This document shows positions 58,901-64,000 of a stretch of DNA of 64,000 bases, piece after piece. The notes beneath the pieces were generated by a model. The model saw only the letters and a list, made by a program, of their open reading frames with translations. It was not told where the DNA came from and did no database searches. The first letter of the stretch is position 1. Each line of letters starts with the position of its first letter. The translations under genes and the position numbers were made by a program. Source of the DNA: Macrostomum lignano (taxonomy: Eukaryota); assembly GCA_002269645.1 (NCBI GenBank), contig NIVC01000527.1, positions 416,257 through 480,256 on the forward strand, in the 5' to 3' direction.

Positions 58901-61900
58901 CTAGCAAGTGATAGCTAGTTGTGATAGCTAGCAAGTGATAGCTAGCAAGTGATAGCTAGTTGTGATAGCTAGTTGTGGTAGCTAGCAAGTGATAGCTAGT
59001 TGTAATAGCTAGCAAGTGATAGCTAGTTGTGATAGCTAGCAAGTGATAGCTAGCAAAAAGACGGATGCTTGCAGAAAGGGTGAAAATTCAAATAACAAAG
59101 TCTTTACGGCGTGAGCCACTTCTGCAAAATCGATCAATCACCTGATCCGCAGTCACTGCAACCTCAGGGTGGGTGTGCAACAGAGCCAGGCTGACAAGTC
59201 TGTCCTGCTGCATGGTAGAACGCAAATACGACTTGAAGCGTCGCAAACTAGAAAAAGATCTTTCAACAGTTGCAGTTGAGACAGGTAAAGTTGCAGCAAT
59301 CTTCAGCAGTGCGAAAATGTTAGGGAAAAATGCAGCATTGCAGTTAGCCAGCGCCTCAATCGCAGTGTCGGCTGCAGCCACAGATTTTGACCTTTCCCAA
59401 ATACTTTTCCAGCAGGCAAACTCGCCCCTAACAACTGCATGGGTGTCTAAAAAGCTGCTGAACTGCGACAGTCTGTCAAAGGCTCGAAGTCTTTGACATC
59501 GTATAAATGGACGTACTTTGGAAGCAAACATGTTAAGTGGAGAAAAGCATCATGCTGGGCCTGGTCCCCAAAGCGCTGCTGGAACTGAGACAGAATGTGC
59601 TGTAGGAATGGCTCGTACACATCAGCACGGAAGTGTTCCTCCGGCGTGTCTTCGCTAGCACCACGCCCCTGCTGACAGCCTCTACGACGAGGGATGCACA
59701 GCTCTACGTCCGCTTCAGCTGCAGCTTCGGATGCTGACGACCAGATGCTTTTGAAGGCAGTGCTGGCTTCTGCCTGCATCTTTTCCAGCGTGACACGCAC
59801 GTTCTCGATGTGCTTGCTTGCTGTAAACAAATCGATACTAACTTTCTGAAGGAAGCTGGACAGAGGCCGGATTACTGCCTCGCCCATCATATGCAGCGCC
59901 ACGATGAAGTTCGGCATTGTGCAGGCGGCCTTCAGCATCTGCGCCTTGGCAGCAGTTCTTGGATCGCGATCGGAGGCGGATTCGCAGAAATCAAGAAATT
60001 CCACAATTGATGCGAAAAGCTGCGAAAACACGAGCACGGCGTCATTCCGCTCGACCCAGCGAGTATCGCAGAGGGTTAGCAGTTTCCGCCGACGGCTTCT
60101 GCACGAGCCACTTGCTGTACATGTAACTCTTTGAAAGAGCTCAAGCCGCTTTGCCGATGAATTGACGAAGTTTGTTACTTCTCCTATAACTCCCATTGCG
60201 TTACGAATTGGGGGCAGTTTGCAGGCATGAACGAGTGCAAGGTTTAGGCAGTGACTGGAGCAGTGAATGTTAGTACGCTGCTGGACACTTCTGCGAAGAT
60301 GTGCCTGAACTCCATTGAACTCACCCCGCATTGCAGCGGCTCCATCGTAGCCTTGACCTACGAGTAGGTGGTAGTTGATGCCCAACTTCTCGAGAAAACT
60401 GAACAATGCAGCGGCGAGTGCTGAGCCGGACTGATCGGTCACATGAGCAAATCCGAGAAAATCTTCCCTGAGAGTGCAGTCAGCATCGACGTACCGAGCA
60501 TGCAGCAACTGACATCTGCTTCTTTTTCGAGTTGTCACACGTCTCATCCATGAGGACAGAAAAACATTTTGCTGCATTGACTTTGGTGGCCAGAGTTTCC
60601 TGAATCACGCAACCAGCGGCTTCGAGGAGCTCCTTTTGAATTGTCTTGCTGATGTACGTTGCATTTGCTGCTGAATTCTTGAGATGCTTCTCCAACGCTT
60701 CGTCACCAGCATCAACACGAAACTGCAGTAAAGCGCGAAAGTTGCCGCTGCCTGAAACCATCGAATTGTCGTCACTCGTGTCAGAGTTGCCACTTGAAAG
60801 CGGGCCATCGTCGCGGTGACCGCGAAGTGGAATGTTTTGTCTTCCACAGAGCAACAGCGTCTTCACAATTGGCCGCAGTCGATTTCGATTCTCTGCTGCC
60901 TGTCGTTGCCGCGCTTCGTCCAGCTGCTTCACCACATCGATGCGAGCTGCTGCTTGCTGCTTGAAGGTGGCCGCGCGTGCCATAGCATCTTGGTGATACG
61001 CTGTTGCTGCATGGGAGGTGACAGCCGTTTGCACCAAACAGACGGTCGTACCTACTCAAGGGCTTTGACACTAGGAAGCCGAGCTGCTGGTTGCGTACAT
61101 CCCCAGACGCTGGCCCAAAAAGCGCACAGAACCGACAGAAAAGCCCAGATCGAGCTTCTGAGAAGGCTAGAAAGCTGTGCTTCTGCAGGTGCTCATGTCT
61201 TAGATAGCGCTTTTCAGGTTTGCCCTTTACAATGCGCGTAGAGTAAGGCATTGAGTAGTTGGCTGACGGCGACCAGGCAGAGTCAAGCAGCTTAAGACGA
61301 ATGTGGTCATTCAGGTGTTCACTCAGAGGGCCACCAGCAACGTGCAAACCCAAGTCGATCATGCAGATTCCCCTGCCAGTATCAGCAGTAGAAGCATGGG
61401 CTCTGGCAGCAGGGGCGCCGGATTCAGCAGCAGCAGGGGCGCCGGATTCAACAGCAGCAGGGGCGCCGGATTCAACAGCAGCAGGGGCGCCGGATTCAAC
61501 AGCAGCAGGGGCGCCGGATTCAACAGCAGCAGGGGCGCCGGATTCAACAGCAGCAGGGGCGCCGGATTCAACAGCAGCAGGGGCGCCGGATTCAACAGCA
61601 GCAGGGGCGCCGGATTCAACAGCAGCAGGGGCGCCGGATTCAGCAGCAGCAGGGGCGCTGGATTCAACAGCAGCAGGGGCGCCGGATTCAGCAGCAGCAG
61701 GGGCGCCGGATTCAACAGCAGCAGGGGCGCTGGATTCAACAGCAGCAGGGGCGCCGGATTCAACAGCAGCAGGGGCGCCGGATTCAACAGCAGCAGGGGC
61801 GCCGGATTCAACAGCAGCAGGGGCGCTGGATTCAACAGCAGCAGGGGCGCCGGATTCAACAGCAGCAGGGGCGCCAGATTTAGCAGCAGGATGCCCAGAA

Positions 61901-62666
61901 GTTTTGCTCAGGAAAGTGCTAATTCCTACTGTGCTTCTGGCGCTTTCCTCGAGAAGACGAAGCTTTTTCTTGCGTCTGTTTTCAGCCCGGAGGCTCTACG
62001 TTTCATCGCAACGGAGATTTGAATGCTTATTGCAATATTTGAGGAACTTGGAAATCAGCAGAGATGAAACATTTTTTAAATAGTTTAATTCCTTTTAAGC
62101 TTGGGTGTTCCCAGGCTGGGGTGGGCGCTGAAGTCGGCCACTCGCTAAACCCCTACGTTAGCACCTCCTCCGTAAGCACCCCTACATTAGCACCTCCTAC
62201 ATTAGCACCCCTCCATCAGCACCCCAACTATTAGCATCCTCTCCATTTACATCCTTGTCCATACCCTCTATCCCACCTTGCATTCACACCACCTGCACCC
62301 ACCCTACTTGCACCCACACCATGCACCCATTTCACCGCACATCCCATGCAGTTCCTTATAACTCAGACTCAGCCATCACCATCGCCACTCAACACAGGTG
62401 GTGAAGATGCTATTCGTAGTCGTGGTGATGTTCGCCATCCTGTGGCTGCCCTACCGCCTGATGGTGGCCTACAACAGCTTTGTACCGCCGCAGTATCGCA
62501 TCGTCTCCGAGTGGTACGCGTGATCAGCCGCCTTCTGGTCCTCGTCAACTCCGCCATCAACCCAGTCATCTACAACGCCATGTCGGTGAAATTCCGGCGT
62601 GAATTCCGCAGCCTTCTGTATTGGATTCGTAAGTTTGTACTGCCTTTGCGGCGGAAACTTGATTAG
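52992..62666 (+). CDS. TRHR: Thyrotropin-releasing-hormone-receptor-like class A GPCR; apparent 1-nt deletion between TM6 and TM7
   Basis: Exon 1 52992-53789 (TM1-5: GNALV, TPTNCYLVSLAASDL, AFSIERYVAIC). Exon 2 from 62398 (VVKML..FAILWLPYR) shifts frame at ~62518-62521 to NSAINPVIYNAMSVKFR. A donor at 62628 may lead to a third exon starting at 63956 that runs off the window. Confidence 0.85.
53844..54168. repeat. Intronic minisatellite, 30-bp unit GATGCCGCTGCTCCCTCAGTGTCCTTCAGT, ~11 copies
   Basis: Perfect period 30. Confidence 0.95.
54762..55400. repeat. Pyrimidine-rich minisatellite, ~23-bp unit CCCTCCCTCTGATTCCCCCAATT
   Basis: Period 23, decaying to the right. Confidence 0.9.
55860..57528. 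repeat. Minisatellite, 21-bp unit GATTCCCTGTGTCTAACAGTT, ~79 copies
   Basis: Period 21 with recurrent variant units. Confidence 0.97.
58187..59054. repeat. Minisatellite, 27-bp unit TAGCTAGCAAGTGATAGCTAGTTGTGA, ~32 copies
   Basis: Period 27, directly 3' of the transposase stop codon. Confidence 0.97.
59088..62006 (-). pseudogene. hAT transposase (52-kDa-repressor/ZMYM-like: TTF-type Zn finger, DUF4371-like region, hATC dimerisation domain) with 4 frameshifts
   Basis: Motifs LFCRFCALFG, GRQNIPLRGHRDD, GNFRALL, FSVLMDETCD, QGYDGAAAMRG, HCSSHCLNL, CDTRWVER, FPNI..LLKIAATLPVSTATVERSFSSLRR. Frameshifts near 61987, 61020, 60500 and 59482. Confidence 0.9.
61405..61887. repeat. Minisatellite, 24-bp unit AGCAGCAGGGGCGCCGGATTCAAC, 20 copies, inside the transposase reading frame
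   Basis: GGGGCGC recurs at period 24 from 61412 to 61868. Confidence 0.97.
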
Positions 62667-62692
62667 ACTGAAGGTTGGATGGTTGCAGGTGG

Positions 62693-62990
62693 TGTGAGTG
62701 CTGGCGGCGTGGGTGCATGTGGTGTGCGTGCTGGCGGTGTGGGTGCAGGCGGTGTGGGTGCAGGCGGTGTGGGTGCTGGCGGTGTGGGTGCAGGCGGTGT
62801 GGGTGCAGGCGGTGTGGGTGCAGGTGGTGTGGGTGCAGGCGGTGTGGGTGCAGGTGGTGTGGGTGCAGGTGGTGTGGGTGCAGGTGGTGTGGGTGCAGGT
62901 GGTGTGGGTGCAGGTGGTGTGGGTGCAGGCGGTGTGGGTGCAGGTGGTGTGGGTGCAGGTGGTGTGGTGCAGGCGGTGTGGGTGCAGGTG
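62693..62990. repeat. Minisatellite, 15-bp unit GGTGTGGGTGCAGG(T/C), ~20 copies
   Basis: Period 15, downstream of GPCR exon 2. Confidence 0.95.
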
Positions 62991-63339
62991 GCATTTGAGG
63001 GAACAGTGGATGTAGCGTATGTCTCGCACAGTAATATAATTGCGTCTCAGTTTTACAGCTGCACCAGTCAAGTATCATCTCACACTGCGATACTCTGATA
63101 GCCAAGCCTCTTTATGAAGAACTTAGTGCCATTCTATTCACTATATTGTGTACCAAAACAAGGCGCCGAAGGTCAACTAAGAATAGTTTCCACTGTATCA
63201 GGGGGCTTAGGAAAAGTCGGATGTTAATTAAATCCTCTCAATGCAATTTCCGAGCACGTTAATGACCAGGAAGTGTCATTCTGGGTTCGCTGCAGTTTTT
63301 GCTGAATTCAGAACCTGAGGGAGTGTAGAGGTCAATTCC

Positions 63340-63953
63340 AATTCATCCATTCATCCATTTTATCACTTTAATCAAATAATCAATTCATTAGTTCATCATT
63401 TCATCAATTCATCAATTCACCAATTCATTAATTCATCAATTTATCAATTCACGAATTCACCAATTGATCAATTCACCAATTCATCAATTTATCAATTCAC
63501 CAATTCATCTATTTCATTAGTTCACAAATTCATCAATTTATCAATTCACCAATTCATCATTTCATCAATTCATTAATTCACCGATTCATCAATTGATCAA
63601 TTCACCAATTCATCATTTCATCAATTCATCAATTCACCAATTCATCATTTCATCAATTCATCAATTCACCAATTCATCAATTTATCAATTCATCAATTCA
63701 CCAATTCACCTATTCATCATTTCATCAATTCACCAATTCACCAATTCATCAATTCACCAATTCATCATTTCATCAATTCATCAATTCACCAATTCATCAA
63801 TTTATCAATTCATCAATTCACCAATTCACCTATTCATCATTTCATCAATTCACCAATTCACCAATTCATCAATTCACCAATTCATCAACACAATTCACCA
63901 AATCATCAATTCACCAATTCACCAATTCATCAATTCATCAATTCATCAATTCC
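63340..63953. repeat. Degenerate ~8-bp satellite (ATTCA(C/T)CA)n
   Basis: Runs up to a candidate acceptor TTCCAG at 63955. Confidence 0.9.
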
Positions 63954-64000
63954 AGTTCACCGGCCAGGCAACGCGGGCGACGGCGCGCACCGGTCGGAGG

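Larger units (their letters stand above)
57714..62006 (-). mobile_element. hAT-superfamily DNA transposon, degenerate, inside GPCR intron 1
   Basis: hAT-type terminus CAGTGGCGGATCTAGG at 57714 plus transposase remains at 59088-62006. The partner TIR and 8-bp TSD were not found, so the extent is uncertain. Confidence 0.7.

Noticed and set aside
61259-62083. 274-aa plus-strand ORF (AAGAPDST repeats)
   Set aside because: It is the antisense reading of the 24-bp array within the hAT transposase.
10517-63953. Tandem arrays as possible CRISPR loci
   Set aside because: Units are contiguous with no unique spacers, there are no cas genes, and the context is eukaryotic.

Overview
Eukaryotic (invertebrate animal) genomic DNA. 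GC-rich exons, GT-AG introns and minisatellite-filled introns resemble the free-living flatworm Macrostomum lignano (inference from composition only). Genes in order: a 17-exon Cad87A/CDH23-like cadherin (+, 194-10273); intronless MTTP (-); an intronless orphan type I membrane protein (+) flanked by an inverted repeat pair; MEA1 (-) head-to-head with cornichon (+); a 12-exon, ~1100-aa type I membrane protein combining lustrin-like, WAP, thyroglobulin-1, Kunitz-like, mucin and SEA-like modules with a Tyr-motif tail (+, 30165-44403); TMCO1 (-); and a TRH-receptor-like GPCR (+) with an 8.6-kb first intron. Mobile DNA: a young Ty3/Gypsy (Mag-like) LTR element with identical LTRs and a 5-bp TSD inside an intron, a frameshifted hAT transposase carrying an in-frame minisatellite, a tRNA-derived CORE-like SINE, a Gypsy RT relic and a MITE-like hairpin. 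At least 14 unrelated tandem arrays are present. The most unusual signals are the multi-inhibitor-domain receptor, the CpG-free AT-rich tracts (TAGGCCTA-enriched around MEA1/cornichon) beside CpG-retaining housekeeping promoters, and intronic arrays built from splice-acceptor-like units. Exon models and counts were derived by hand and no database searches were run.
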